DNA from: Squalus acanthias
Lineage: Eukaryota
Direction: 5' to 3'
Assembly (NCBI GenBank): GCA_030390025.1
Contig: CM059434.1
Span: forward strand, 52,576,001-52,640,000
DNA: 64,000 nt
The position numbers and the translations under genes were made by a program. Under the pieces are notes generated by a model, which was not told where the DNA came from, made no database searches, and saw nothing but the letters and a program-made list of their open reading frames with translations. Position 1 is the first letter of the stretch. Every line of letters starts with the position of its first letter. Shown piece after piece: positions 37,721-50,634 of this stretch.

Positions 37721-38278
37721 GCTCACAAAAAAGTATCCCTACTCAAGAGACAAATAAGCAAAAGCACGGAAAGAATCCTTGCTGGAGGTGTGTGTGAAAA
37801 CCAACACAGTGACATTGAAGCATTTACCTTGTGCAACTCAGCCCAGCTTTCTAACTGATTTGTCTCTTATCTCTTCCTAGACATGCCATGAATGGAACCA
37901 AAATTGCATCAACAGTGATCAGCTGAGGCAGCAGTAGGGCACCACAATCGGTCTCAGTATCCTGGGGAAGGGAGGGGAAAACAAACCAGCCATGGTTCCC
38001 ACTCCGGATTGCTGCTTGAAAGCGTATATGTATGGCTGTCAGGTGTGAACAGGATCAGGTTCGATAGTGATGCTCCCCACAGTCAAATAGCCTGCTGATA
38101 CTCACTACTTAGGCTTACACATTAATAATAACCACTTGTATAAGGTACCAGACAGCTGTAGGTGCCCATGGAACCCATACCCCAGCAAGAGTCAGCATCT
38201 TCGAACAGAAAAAAGAAGGAATGGCACCAACAGCAGATTCAATCAAGGTCTTGATGTCTTCATAATTTTGGTCAGTCA

Positions 38279-38479
38279 TTATTTCTCTTCAGGCCTGGCC
38301 ACACTACCTGGCCATGTCTGACTCATGGTGGACAGATCAGGTGTCAGTCTGTTGACCAAGGTCTCATCTTCTCTGGAGGCGGAGTTACCCTGAACAGCTG
38401 GAGTCATTGGCAATGTGACTCTTGGGTTCAGGAGATTCAGAACAGACACCCTCTGAGCAGCATAGTTAAGGTTAGCAGA
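38279..38479 (-). CDS. Uncharacterised multi-exon protein, last coding exon
   Basis: Acceptor tattttcag|TCT, phase 0; SANLNYAAQRVSVLNLLNP...RPEEK*. Depends on a weak upstream donor. Confidence 0.55.
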   Translation of the reverse strand, partial: SANLNYAAQRVSVLNLLNPRVTLPMTPAVQGNSASREDETLVNRLTPDLSTMSQTWPGSVARPEEK

Positions 38480-38504
38480 CTGAAAATAATGAATTAGGGG
38501 TAAG

Positions 38505-38945
38505 AATGAATTTGCATTTTTATACACCCTATCACAACCTCAAGTTTTTCATAACCAATTAATTACTTTTGAGGCACCATTGTTGCTATGTACGCAAAAA
38601 ACAGTCAACTTTTCGCCGAGTAAGTCCCATAAATACCAAATGAGATGACCTTTTAATATATTTTTAATGGTGTTGGTTGAGTTGGAATGTTGGCCAGGAC
38701 ACCAGGAGAATTCCCTGCTCTTCTTGAGATAGTACCTTGGGAGTTTTTACATCCATTTGAACCACTGGAACAAGCAAACGGGGTCTTGGTTTAACTGAAT
38801 CATCTAAAAGACGGCACCTTCAACAATGCAGCATTCTCTCAGTACTGTACAGAAGTGTCACCTAGATTATGTGCTTAAGTCCTGGAGTGGTGCTTGAAAC
38901 CACAGCCTTCTGAATCAAAGAGTGCTACCAACTGAAGCAAGATGC
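38505..38945 (-). mobile_element. Degraded SacSINE1-like SINE
   Basis: Diverged end-to-end match to 17331-17784. Confidence 0.75.
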
Positions 38946-39354
38946 AGCATATGGCAGTGTTACACATAGGATAACACAGAGGTTGGAGTGCTTCTTATGC
39001 CGTGTGAGAAGTTCATGGATTTTTTTCATCTCGGCTGCTCAGCCTTCTGAAGTCAATGGAAATAAAAATCGTGACATATGTAAAACGGCTGCCGATTCGC
39101 TATCACCCATTTTACATGATTGCACGAAGTCAAATTTACCCACTTTAACCTTTCCTCAACTGAAATTCCTGATATCTGGAATCATCGTCATTATTCCTCT
39201 CTGTTCCCGCTCAAGGTCAATAATATTCTGTGTGGCCAGCACACAGTAGCCCTGATGGGACCTGACCAGCACCTTATACAGCAACAATACAACCGTTTCA
39301 GATTTTTTACTCGAATGTTTTAATGCTTATCAGCAGTGTTCATGTGAAGGATAC

Positions 39355-39512
39355 GGTGCTGCTGCCCAGAGGGGGAAGGCTGAAAACTGAAGGTGCCTGT
39401 GTTAGGCGGAAGAAGCCTGCTGATCCTGATGGATGAAAGTACAAACGAGCCTTTGGCGTAAATACCTGCCCGATTCTCATTGGCATGAACAGTGCTGGGA
39501 AACAGATTTCAT
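39355..39512 (-). CDS. Uncharacterised protein exon (proline/aromatic-rich motif)
   Basis: Strong acceptor ctcttcctggtag|AT, phase 1; DEICFPALFMPMRIGQVFTPKARLYFHPSGSAGFFRLTQAPSVFSLPPLGSST; donor ACC|gtatcc, or read-through to TGA at 39340. Confidence 0.72.
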
Positions 39513-41282
39513 CTACCAGGAAGAGAGAAAGACACGAATAAGCAAACATATGCATTCTTTTACGTGCTTTTTTTTTTTGCCAATTTTCTCTCCTCTTCTG
39601 AAACCATCCTGTTGGGATGGCACCAGTTGCCTTCTGGTACCTTGTCATTTGTGAGCCAGCATGAGTGACAGCAAGCTATTAGATCATCGGAGTCATCACG
39701 ATCTATCCAGTTCCAGTCATCGGCTATACACATGCACTTTCCAGCAGGGATCAATGGCTAGTGATCAGGAGCAGAAACTCAACTGATCTTGGCAGAAACC
39801 AGCTAATGGCACAGACCAAATATCAAACCTGGGACCTTCATGCCTGTATGGCTCGGACTTTTTTTAATATTATTAAAACGCACCTTTTGTCTTCATGATG
39901 ATGATGTTTCATTTGCATCATTGTGTGTTTGCAAGCTACCAAACATGGCTTGCAGTATATTTTATTGTATTTCTCCTCTCCTTAATGCTCCTTGTGCCCT
40001 GCTGAGGAGAGGACGGTGGCTCCCACACATGCACCAGTACTGTGCCACAGCTGGGACACTAGGAGGTATGTGAGTGAAAGGTGACTAGCCCTCCTTCAGG
40101 GACAGTGTCTGGCCTCCATCTGACCATAAACATATGGGTGAATTGGGGAGCTTGCCAAGTGAGAAATGATATGAGTGAGCCTGTGACCAGCTCCTCTATG
40201 CTGCACAGGACTCATTCTTCTCAATGATGAGGGAGCTCCTGCAAACTTTAAGTTGTTTAGTAATTTTCCCTCAACCTCCCTCCCTCCTCTAGTCCCCCGA
40301 CATCAGTCAGGCATGCACCCCTCCATCCGAGGAGGCCAGCTTCCGCCAGCACAGGTGAAGCACTCTAGTGGAAGATTACTCAATTTTGTTTATGCAAAGA
40401 CCAACTTTGCAAGTCATGACTTGTTCAAGGATCACTCTTACAGAACTACTATAAACCAACTCTATTCTATTCATTTCTTAAACACAATATTTCTTTCTCT
40501 CTCTTCTGCCTCCCCTAAAATCCCATCTACAGCATCATCTGAGAGCTGGCAGGCTGTGAATTGAAGCCCAGAGACATGTGGATTACAGGGCTGCTGAAGC
40601 TGCAAGTAATGAGGAGGTGACTGCGTGGTTCTAGGGAGGCCTCACTGTGAAATTCTCTCGAGCTTGGCATTTGTTATCCACATGTCAACCTGGAAATCTA
40701 GCAAAAGCTGACCAACAGCTTCAAATAAACTGACCAAAACACAACTGACAATGCAAACCGCTCTAAATATAGGCATCAGACATGCGAGCTTGAAATTGCA
40801 TGAACCAGGGTGTGGGCAGGGGAGCAATTATGGCATGGTTCTAGCAGTGGAGCAGTAATTTGGAGCAGAACTCAATCTGCTGGGACTGACTTATTGTGCT
40901 GCAGGAGTGGGTGGGAACCTCATTGCATTGCACAGTTAGTTTGGGAGTGTGTCAAGGAGTGTTCCTGGGAATTCCACCTGAAGCGCCCTAATAGGACCAG
41001 CAGGACATATGAGCAGGCTTGGGTCCTGTTCTGGGCCTAGGGAAAGCCCCAAGAATTACTAGTGCAACGATAATTCACCCCAAGAGAAATTGATTACCGT
41101 AACAGTGGTCTTACCGTTCCTCTGGAACCTACATAAAAATATATTGCACCTTTATATTCAGTCTTGGGCTCCCCTATCAGATCAGCAGGGTGCCACTCTG
41201 ACTTTAGGCTGCCTCAGCTGTGGATGCCTACCCCTATTAGGTAAATTACCTTATCCCTGGGATTAGGGAGGGGGTCAGTGAA

Positions 41283-42721
41283 AACATAAGAACATAAAAA
41301 AATAGGAGCAGGAGTAGGCCATTTGGCCCTTCGACCCTGCTCCGCCATTCAATAAGATCATGGCTGATCTTCTACCTCAACTCCACTTTCCTGAACTATC
41401 CCCATATCCCTTGATTCCCTTAATATTCAAAAATCCAGCGATCTCTGTCTTGAATATACTCAATGACTGAGCCTCCACAGCCCTCTGGGGTAGAGAATTC
41501 CAAAGATTCACCACCCTCTGAGTGAAGATATTTCTCCTCATCTCAGTCATAAATGGCTGACTCCTTATTCTGAGACTGTGACCCCTGGTTCTACACTCCC
41601 CAGCCAGAGGAAACATCCTCCCTGCATCTACCCTGTCAAGCCCTGTAAGAATTTTGTATGTTTCAATGAGATCACCTCTCATTCTTCTAAACTCTAGCGA
41701 ATATAGGCCTAGTCTACTCAATCTCTCCTCATAGGACCATCCCAGGAACCAGTCTGGTGAACCTTCGTTGCACTCCCTCTATGGCAAGTATATCCTTCCT
41801 TCGGTAAGGAGACCAAAACTGTACACAATACTCCAGGTGTGATCTCACCAGGGCCCTATATAATTGCAGTAAGACGTCTTTACTCTTATACTCAAATCCT
41901 TTTGTAATAAAGGCCAACATACCATTTGCTTTCCTAATTGCTTGCTGTACCTGCATGTTAACTTTCAGTGATTCGTGTACAAGGACACCCAGGTCCCTCT
42001 GAACACCAACAATTCCCAATCTCTCACCAATTAAAAAATACTCTGCTTTTCTATTTTCCCTACCAAAGTCTTCACATTTCTCCACATTATATTCCATTTG
42101 ACATGTTCTTGCCCACTCACTTAGCCTGTCTATATCCCTTTGAAGCCTCCTTGCATCCTCCTCACAACTTACATTCCCACCTAGCTTTGTATCATCAGCA
42201 AACTTGGATATATTACATTTGGTCCCCTCATCCAAATCATTGATGTAGATTGTGAATAGCTGAGGCCCAAGCACTGATCCTTGCGGTACCCCACTAGTTA
42301 CAGCCTGCCGACCCGAAAATGGCACGTTTATTCCTACTCTCTGTTTTCTGTCCGTTAACCAATCCTCAATCCATGCTAGTATATTACCTCCAATCCCATG
42401 AGCCCTAATTTTCTTTAATAAGCTCTTGTGTGGCACCTTATCGAATGCCTACTGAAAATCCAAATACACCACATCCACTGGCTCCCCCTTATCTATTCTC
42501 CTAGTTACAACCTCAAAAATCTCTTAACAGATTTGTCTAACACAATTTCCCTTTCATAAATCCGTGTTGACTCTGCCCAATCCTATTATTATTTTCTAAG
42601 TGCCCTGTTACCAAGTCCTTAATAATCGATTCTAGCATTTTCCCTACTACTGATGTCAGTCTAACTGGTCTGTAGTTCCCTGTTTTCTCTCTCCTTTCTT
42701 AAATAGTAGGGTTACATTTGC
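41283..42721 (-). mobile_element. CR1 LINE 3' fragment (intronic)
   Basis: ORFs 41729..42436 and 41377..41721 with GVPQGSVLGP and KFADDTKLGG; TTCTTATG tail. Confidence 0.93.
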
Positions 42722-43276
42722 ATAGTGGGGTTACATTTGCCCCTCCTCCTCATTACCACCTCTTTTGGCTCCCATCTCCTGCTTCTCTAGTGGGTGGTGC
42801 CGGGGGGGATCGAATGCCATTGTACTTGGGTGGGAATTTCTGATCTCTCAAGAATTTCGACTCAGAGTGTAGCAGCATTCAATCCTTTAGGAGCTGGGTG
42901 TGGTGCTGAGAAAAAGTTGAGGCAAAAGCCGGGATTGGTGTTGAGGGATGGAGACGAGAGCGGTGCTCAGCAACAGTCTGGGTTGGCACTGATTTTCTTC
43001 CACAAATGCAGACACTGCCCTGAAAACACTGACTGTCCATATGAAACACGGATAGTTGGCATGTCTGTTAATATCAGGGTTTGGAGTCAGGGCTCTAGCT
43101 AGGACTCAGCTTTCTAATGTTGCAATTACTAAGCCATGTGTCTTTGAAATGTACCCAGCGTCCATGGACCTGTACCCCAGTATGAGTCACTGCCTTCAGG
43201 AGAGATGGGGTGAAAATCAAAACAAAAGTTTGACTGTATTTTAATTTGTACAAAGTGTTTTAACCAGAACACAAAC

Positions 43277-43442
43277 CTTTGCTTCTGCTGTCATTTCCTC
43301 TGTCGTCTGAACACAGCTGAAGCCGCTTCTGGACTGCGAGCTGCTTCTCCAAGTTCCTGCTGGTCTCAGACTGAAGCTTCTCAATCGCACTCTGTTTACT
43401 TCTCCACATGTTCTCCTCCAGCACTTTCATTCTCTCCCAAAC
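43277..43442 (-). CDS. Uncharacterised protein exon (coiled coil)
   Basis: tgttttag|GTT...AAAG|gtttgt, 166 nt, phase 0-1; VWERMKVLEENMWRSKQSAIEKLQSETSRNLEKQLAVQKRLQLCSDDRGNDSRSK. Confidence 0.78.
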
Positions 43443-43474
43443 CTAAAACACAAGACCACACTCCTCACTTTTCA

Positions 43475-43720
43475 GGACTGGGTAGTGCAGTGGGTTATAC
43501 CCTGTCTTTCACCGCAGAGACATGGGTGTGAATCCAGGCCAGAATGATGGGGAGGAATTCTCTCCTGTCTACTGGCTGTAAGAGTCCAAGTCATGTGAAT
43601 TTGGTCAATTTCAATCCAAAATAGTGAGCATATGCCTTATCCAGCTTTGAATTGGCAATCTTATTCAGAGGGGTCACAAGGTGTGGGAAATGGGAAAATG
43701 TTGGGTTAGAGTAGAGGGAG
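43475..43720 (+). mobile_element. Ancient tRNA-headed SINE, LF-SINE-like
   Basis: Head GGACTGGGTAGTGCAGTGG...TTTCACC...GAATCCAG and internal AATTGGCA resemble LF-SINE from memory; very diverged. Confidence 0.35.
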
Positions 43721-44242
43721 CTTTAGAACAAAATTTCATCAAAAAAGGTTTCTGTCTGTATTTCTTTCTCTGTTGGCTGATTCCTGCTCTGTACCATTAC
43801 TGCTCCTGGGAGGGCAGCCATGCGATCATTCTCCACCTCTCTTACTCGATGCACAGGAGCAGGGCCAACTTACCTGCAGTTTTTCCCCTCCTAACAGCAT
43901 TTGGGAGGTCATCATGGATAAGAAAGTACCCAGACTTAATGGCAGTGCAATTCTGAGACAGAAGGACCAAGAAAATCCCTGATTTAATCTCCGTACTGTG
44001 CTGATTCAGCCAGGGATTCAATTTTCCCTTCCTCCTACAATCCACAGGCTTTAAAACCCAATCATTGCATCACCTGATCACAACCTTTGGATTTACTTTG
44101 TCTTTTCTCCTATTCTTTTCAACATTGGTGGCATCCTGCACTGTGGGCCTTAGCCCTTCACATTGTTTTCTCAATTTAAAAATTTTTTTTAAAGTCGAAT
44201 AAAGGAAATGTTTTAAACTAATTTTCTTGACTCCCCACTTAC

Positions 44243-44312
44243 ATCCTGTGGAAGCTTCCTCTTCAGCAGCAGGCTCTTACTCACACTTATCTTCTGTTGT
44301 CTTGCAGTAGCA
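44243..44312 (-). CDS. Uncharacterised protein exon
   Basis: tttttccccacag|T...GAT|gtaagt, 70 nt, phase 2-0; (S)ATARQQKISVSKSLLLKRKLPQD. Confidence 0.78.
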
Positions 44313-45321
44313 CTGTGGGGAAAAAGAGTCAGAGATCTACAATGAGGCAGACAAACGCGTTAAGTGAGATGAACAACCAGAGCTAAGTCCTTCCACAATC
44401 AGCGCAATGAGGGGGATCAGTAAACCAGGAGAATGTGCGTGCATGACTTCAATGGACCTCCTGACAGATTAGCAAGACAGGTTTACAGATGAGACATTTG
44501 GGTTGTAAAATACTTGTTGGCAGCATGATAGATAAATGCAGCGCCCAGTGTGTTAGTGCCCTCGGATAGAACGAGAAGGTTTATAGTTCAATCCCCAGTC
44601 TTTGCTGAATTAGCTCTTAGCTGGGGTAACTGTTGGTGGCACTAAAATTGTCCTCAGTACCCCTCAGCTAGGGAGGGATTAAATCAGCCAGGGTTCCCAT
44701 TCCAGATCATGAGTCTATCAGTGTCATCCTCCTGCTGGAGGATACAAGAGGCCTCCCCAGGTGCAAACCCTCTGCTCCAAGTTTCCCTCACTCCCACCAG
44801 GATGCACCTAGCCTCTACTTTGTGCTTTTTCACAGTGACACAGCAGAGTTTGGGAGCAGTAATGGGCATCTAGCTCTGTTCTACGCCATGCACAATGGTG
44901 GCAATTTTTTCTCCAAAATGTCCTCTTTAAATCTCTTCCCATCCCTCCTGAAGGTGTTAACTCCCGTTCTGGGTACAGTTGCATGGCCAAGTGGCCATGT
45001 GTGAGCCGAGATGGTAAGTGTCACCAGGTTTTCCACCATGAAGGGCATTACATCCAAAATCCGTGCATGCACTTTCCAGCGGGAGTCACTGGGCACTGAT
45101 CAGGAATGGGAATCTCACTTCTTTTCTCCTCCCTAGCACAGGGCAATGAAGCTAATTGTATCGTCCCTACTGCTGCTCCGGCTGAGATCAGTTTTGTAAA
45201 CGGGTTTCTACTTTTTAAATCATTGAAATTCTTTAAAATAAACTTTTTTTCACATTGATAACCTGATTCCTATCTCTTGGTTTCTGAGAATTAAGTGGTT
45301 TAGCTGGCGGCAGTTTCTCAC

Positions 45322-45490
45322 CTTTTCTGTGGTGGTTTTGGATAATCTGGATAATTTGGATAATTTTGTGATAATCTGGAATCTCGAGCTGGGTGATTCA
45401 GCGTCTTTCCTTCCTTTGTCTCTGTATCACTACTCTGGTTCCCAGCTGTCGATTGTGCATTCCCTGACCTCAGCACCCTCTCTGGCACAT
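45322..45490 (-). CDS. Uncharacterised protein exon
   Basis: ttttaaacag|AT...AAAG|gtgaga, 169 nt, phase 1-2; (D)VPERVLRSG...SQNYPNYPDYPKPPQK; includes a 9-bp tandem repeat. Confidence 0.75.
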
Positions 45491-46024
45491 CTGTTTAAAA
45501 ATACAAATGTCGATTAGTTTAAACTACCCATTTCAATCTTAGAAAAATAAACTTAAAATGAAATTCATGGAATTAATTAATAAAAGCACATACTTCAAGA
45601 TGCACTGTTAACACCGCAGTCCGTTAACCTAAATATTGAGTTCCCTGCCAGGTCATCAGATGGAGCAGGAAAGCTGGAGAGTTCCATCTCAAAGAAGAAA
45701 TGAAACTACATCTCAAGCTAGGTACAGATGACAAAGACCCTTCAGCCCGTGTTAGCTCATCCATCCAGAAAAGAAAGAACTATCACAGCATCCATCTGTA
45801 ACTTGATCGACTCTTAAGGTTTTCATTTCCAGTCCATTCCAGGTGGGCAAAGAAATTCTACCAGTCATCATTCCAAAAATCTACCCATTGCCAGTTTGAA
45901 TCTAAGCTCCCTTGTCCCACTGTCATGGTCTACATTCAAGTATTGCTGTGGTTTTATATTTTATATATCATTTAATATCTTGTATGCCTCTAAAAGGTGT
46001 ACAGTTGCCACTTCTAAGACCAAA

Positions 46025-46701
46025 GGGGGCGAAATTGGGTGCTGACATCGACTCCCGCCATATTCGGCGGGTGTTTTGCGGCGGCGCTACGGCATTGCGC
46101 CCCAATCTCCTTCGTCCAGAGAACGTGACATCATCGCCGTGCACATTGCCCCGGACCCGAAATTGACTTCCGCCCCCTGCAGCAGCGCCGGTCAAAAACA
46201 CCGACAGCTGCAGGAGGCGTGCATCGGTCGGCCGGCCACTTCGGGGGCGATGATTAAAGGCGAGGGGGCCGAGGTAAGTAAAAAAAAACTTACCTTTCTT
46301 GTTGCAGTTTTTTTGCGAGTTCCTGCCCGCGATCGATCAGCCTGGCACTCTGCTTGAGTGCCGGGCTGATCGCACGGGATCGCAGCTGCCTTGGTAGTCC
46401 AGGTTGGTAATTTTTCTATTGCAGAGCCTGCAGCGATGGCCCTTCCCTTTAAGGGAGGGAAGGAGCCTTTGAACGCGGCAGCGCTGCACGGCCCAGTGTG
46501 CAGCGCTGCTGAAGTCTCCGCCCCGCCTGCTGCCGATTGCGCTCCAGGAAGGAAGTGGAGCCCTTGATTTAGTGCTCCAATTCTTTCTTGGAGCGCAAAC
46601 GGTGAATTTTTCAAAAGTTTGAAATCGTTAGCGCCTGGCACTAACTTTTCAAACTTTTAAAAATTAGCGCCCCAGACGGGGCGATAGTGAATTTCTCCCC
46701 C
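46025..46701. mobile_element. PIF/Harbinger MITE related to the 32115 element
   Basis: TIRs GGGGGCGAAATT / AATTTCTCCCCC; the reverse complement of its last ~80 bp closely matches 32115-32192. Confidence 0.85.
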
Positions 46702-47613
46702 AATGAGTCCTAATTTCTCCTGTCTTTCCTCATAACTGAGTTCTCTGATTCTGGGGTCAGGGGATTGGCTCTTCTCTGCACCACTGCATTACCACATGAC
46801 AGGTTTACATACGTTTCCAATATATATGTGAACATGGGTATATTGTTCATGGAAAAAGTTGATCGGAAATGTGTGTGGATTATTGATATATTATAATGGT
46901 GTACTTTCACTTTTCTCCAGGGTTTGAATTTTTCCCTTTTATCTTAGTGACCAAAACTGGACATAACACTCAAGGTGCAGTCTGACTAGAACACTTAAGT
47001 TTTAGTGTAAGCACTTTAGACATACGCATATTTAGCAATACAGTTCAGCATTCTGCTCATTTTGTTATGGCTTGACGTTAAGTGCAAATCTACGAACATG
47101 CCAGAACTTTCAACTTTACCTTTAGTTATTTCTACACTTATCTCAGATTCTATATTTTGTCCAATTTTTTTTTCTTCTAGTGTGGAGAACCTTACGCTTA
47201 TCAGCGTTAAATTTGTGCGTTCACAAATTTTGGGCAATACTTTCACAAAACACAGCTTTTTTTTTTAAAAGGAGGAACAGAGACTGGAGGCTATTTGTCT
47301 CTGCACCAGGCCTACTATCTCGAGGGAGCTGAGACTGAACTCCCCATTCCCCTTACCCTGGTGTCTCAACCTAGGGCCAGTTATGATGTATTTACAAACA
47401 TGTGTGACTGTGAAGGAGTACAGAGGCTGCTGATATGGGAAAAGCAGCCAAGTTTTCAGGTGTCAAGGATGAAATTTTCCAGCATGACATCAGGGGAAGT
47501 TGTGAGATTTTCAACACTGATCTGTTTATTTAGATTGCACCAATTGTGTTTTGAGTGAAATTTGCATTACTATCCATGCCCTATTTTGCGCCCTAACCCA
47601 TTATAGAGTCATA

Positions 47614-48505
47614 GGGGGAGAAATTCAGTATCGCCCCATTTGGGGCGCAATTATCGGCCGGGCGCAAAGATTAGCGCCTGGCGCTAATTATCGCCACCGA
47701 CTGCAAACTTGACTTTTATCGCCCCTGGAGGTGATTGGAGCGCTAAATCAGGCGCTTCACACCTGTCTTAAGGCGCAAAGGCCGAGGAGCGAGGCGCTAC
47801 CTCAGAGCGCTGGCGAAGCTCATGTGATGTCAGTCAGCAATGGAACACACACACAATGGCACCGGCCAGTTCTTAAAGGGGATGGTTGATCTTGCTTTCC
47901 ATCCACATCCTGCTCATTGCAGCCTTGAATCTCGGCCTGGAGAGACCTGCACATCAAATCTGCTGGCAAGAACAATGGAGAGTACCAGGGAAAGAGCTCA
48001 GAGTGCAGCCCCCACAGTCTCTTCTAAATCGATACAAGGAATGGCAAATCAAAATGAACCTGCAAAGTGCTGCTCAGTACCCAAAACTCCTTCACACAGC
48101 GTTGAATCTCTCCAGAAGTCTCTCTCCCTCTCTCTCAGAATGCGTGGTTCAAAAATGGCACCAACAATAAAAGGCAGGAAGCGGTCGCCTTTAAATAGCG
48201 CTCCCCCGTCCCTTCATGACTGCAAAACGCTCCCCTCAACATGTCATTGCTAGCGTCAGGCGGTAAGGCAGGGGGCGCCACTCAATATCCGCTCCGGGAC
48301 GATACCGGGGCGTTGCGCACTCGACTGACGTCACGATCTGCCGGAGCAGGAGATCGTGGCAGTAGTGTTTAGCGCCGCCGCAAAATGTCTAGTTAATTTC
48401 GCGAGCGACGCAAACATCGCCGCGCCTGGGCGCTAGATGATTTGCGCCCCATTAGCGCCCTCTTAAGGCGCTAACGGGAGGCGCAACCAACTGAATTTTT
48501 CCCCC
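47614..48505. mobile_element. PIF/Harbinger non-autonomous element inserted in a CR1 tail
   Basis: TIRs GGGGGAGAAATTCAGT / ACTGAATTTTTCCCCC, exact ATA TSD within the (ATAGAGTC)n CR1 tail. Confidence 0.9.
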
Positions 48506-50318
48506 ATAGAGTCATACAGCACAGAAAGAGGCCCTTCGGCCCATCGTGTCCGCGCCGGCCATCAAGCCCTGTCTATTCTAATCCCATTTTCCAGCACTTG
48601 GTCCGTAGCCTTGTATGCTATGGAATTTCAAGTGCTCATCTAAATGCTTCTTGAATGTTGTGAGGGTTCCTGCCTCTACCACCCTTTCAGGCAGTGAGTT
48701 CCAGATTCCAACCACCCTCTGGGTGAAAAAGTTTTTCCTTAAATCCCCTCTAAACCTCCTGCCCCTTACCTTGAAGCTATGCCCCCTGGTTATTGACCCC
48801 TCTACTAAGGGGAAAAGTTCCTTTCTATCTACCCTATCTATGCCCCCTCATAATTTTGTACACCTCAATCAGGTCCCCCCTCAGCCTTCTCTGCTCTAAG
48901 GAAAACAACCCCAGCCTGTCTAGTCTCTCTTCATAGCTGAAGCGCTCCAGCCCAGGTAACATCCTGGTGAATCTCCTCTGCACCCTCTCCAATGCAATCA
49001 CATCCTTCCTATAGTGTGGCGACCAGAACTGCACACAGTATTCCAGCTGTGGCCTAACTAGCGTTTTGTACAACTCCATCATAACCTCCCTGCTCTTATA
49101 TTCTATGCCTCGGCTAATGAAGGCAAGTATCCCATATGCCTTTTTAACCACCTTATCTACCTGTCCTGCTGCCTTCAGGGATCTATGTACATGCACACCA
49201 AGGTCCCTCTGATCCTCTGTCCTTCCTAGGGTCCTACCATTCATTGTGTATTCCCTTGCCTTGTTAGTCCTCCCAAAATGCATCACCTCACACTTTTCAG
49301 GGTTAAATTCCATTTGCCACTGTTCTGCCCATCTGACCAACCCATCTATATCGTCCTGTAGCCTGAGGCTTCCCTCCTCGTTATTTACCACTCCACCAAT
49401 TTTCGTGTCATCTGCGAACTTACTGATCATACCTTCTACATTCATATCTAAATCATTAATGTACACTACAAACAGCAAGGGACCCAGCACCGATCCCTGC
49501 GGTACACCACTGGACACAGGTTTCCAGTCACAAAAACAACCTTCGACCATCACCCTCTGCCTCCTGCCACGAAGCCAATTTTGGATCCAATGTGCCAAAT
49601 TGCCCTGGATCCCATGGGCTCTTACCTTCTTGACCAGTCTCCCATGCGGGACTTTGTCAAAAGCCTTACAGAAGTCCATGTAGACTACATCAACTGCACT
49701 ACCCTCATCCACACACCTAGTCACCCCCTCGAAAAATTCAATCAAATTGGTTAGACATGATCTCCCCCTGACAAAGCCATGCTGACTATCCTTGATTAAT
49801 CCTTAACTCTCCAAGTGGAGACTAATTCTGTCCCTCAGAACTTTTTCCAATAATTTCCCTACCACTGATGTTAGGCTCACTGGCCTGTAATTCCCTGGTT
49901 TATCCCTACTACCCTTCTTGAATAATGGTACTACGTTAGCTGTTCTCCAGTCCTCTGGCACCTCCCCTGTGGCCAGAGAGGTTCTGAAAATTTGTGTCAG
50001 AGCCCCTGCAATCTCCTCCCTTGCCTCACATAGCAGCCTGGGATACATCTCGTCTGGGCCTGGGGATTTATCCACTTTTAAACCCGCTAAAACTGCTAGT
50101 ACCTCCTCCCTCTCAATACTAATTTGTTCAAGTATATCACAATCCCCCTGCCTGATTTCTAAGCCTACATCGTCCTTCTCCATAGTGAACACAGATGCAA
50201 AATATTCATTTAAAACCTCACCTACATCTTCCGGCTCCACACACAGATTGCCACTTTGGTCCCTAATGGGCCCTACTCTTTCCCTGGTTATCCTCTTGCC
50301 CTTAATATACTTATAAAA
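48506..50318 (-). mobile_element. CR1 LINE, 5'-truncated (RT domain largely open)
   Basis: ORFs 49803..50342 and 48834..49745: KSPGPD, NYRPVSLTS, GVPQGSVLGP, KFADDTKIGG. Confidence 0.95.
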
Positions 50319-50416
50319 CACCATTGTATGAATCCATCTCAATTCATGGTTGATAACCCTCCCAACAAATGGGAATTTTCAAGAGCTGCACCAATCGCGG
50401 AGGTGGACTGAGTTTA

Positions 50417-50634
50417 GGCCAATATTTATCCCTCAACCAACATTAATAAAAAATACAGACTATCTGGTCACTATCACACTGCTGTTTGTGGAACCTTGCA
50501 GTGCACAAATTGGCTGTCCCGTTTCCTACATTACCACAGTGACTACACTTCAAGAGTGCTTAATTGGCTGTAAAGCATTTTGGGACGTCCTGAGGTTGTG
50601 AAAGGCGCTATATAAATGCAAGTCTTTCTTTCTT
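50417..50634 (+). mobile_element. SacSINE1-like SINE, 3' half
   Basis: GGCCAATATTTATCCCTCAA...GGCGCTATATAAATGCAAGTCTTTCTTTCTTT. Confidence 0.85.

Noticed and set aside
40645-40697. Possible extra exon (VDMWITNAKLERIS)
   Set aside because: Phases do not fit between the 43277 and 39512 exons.
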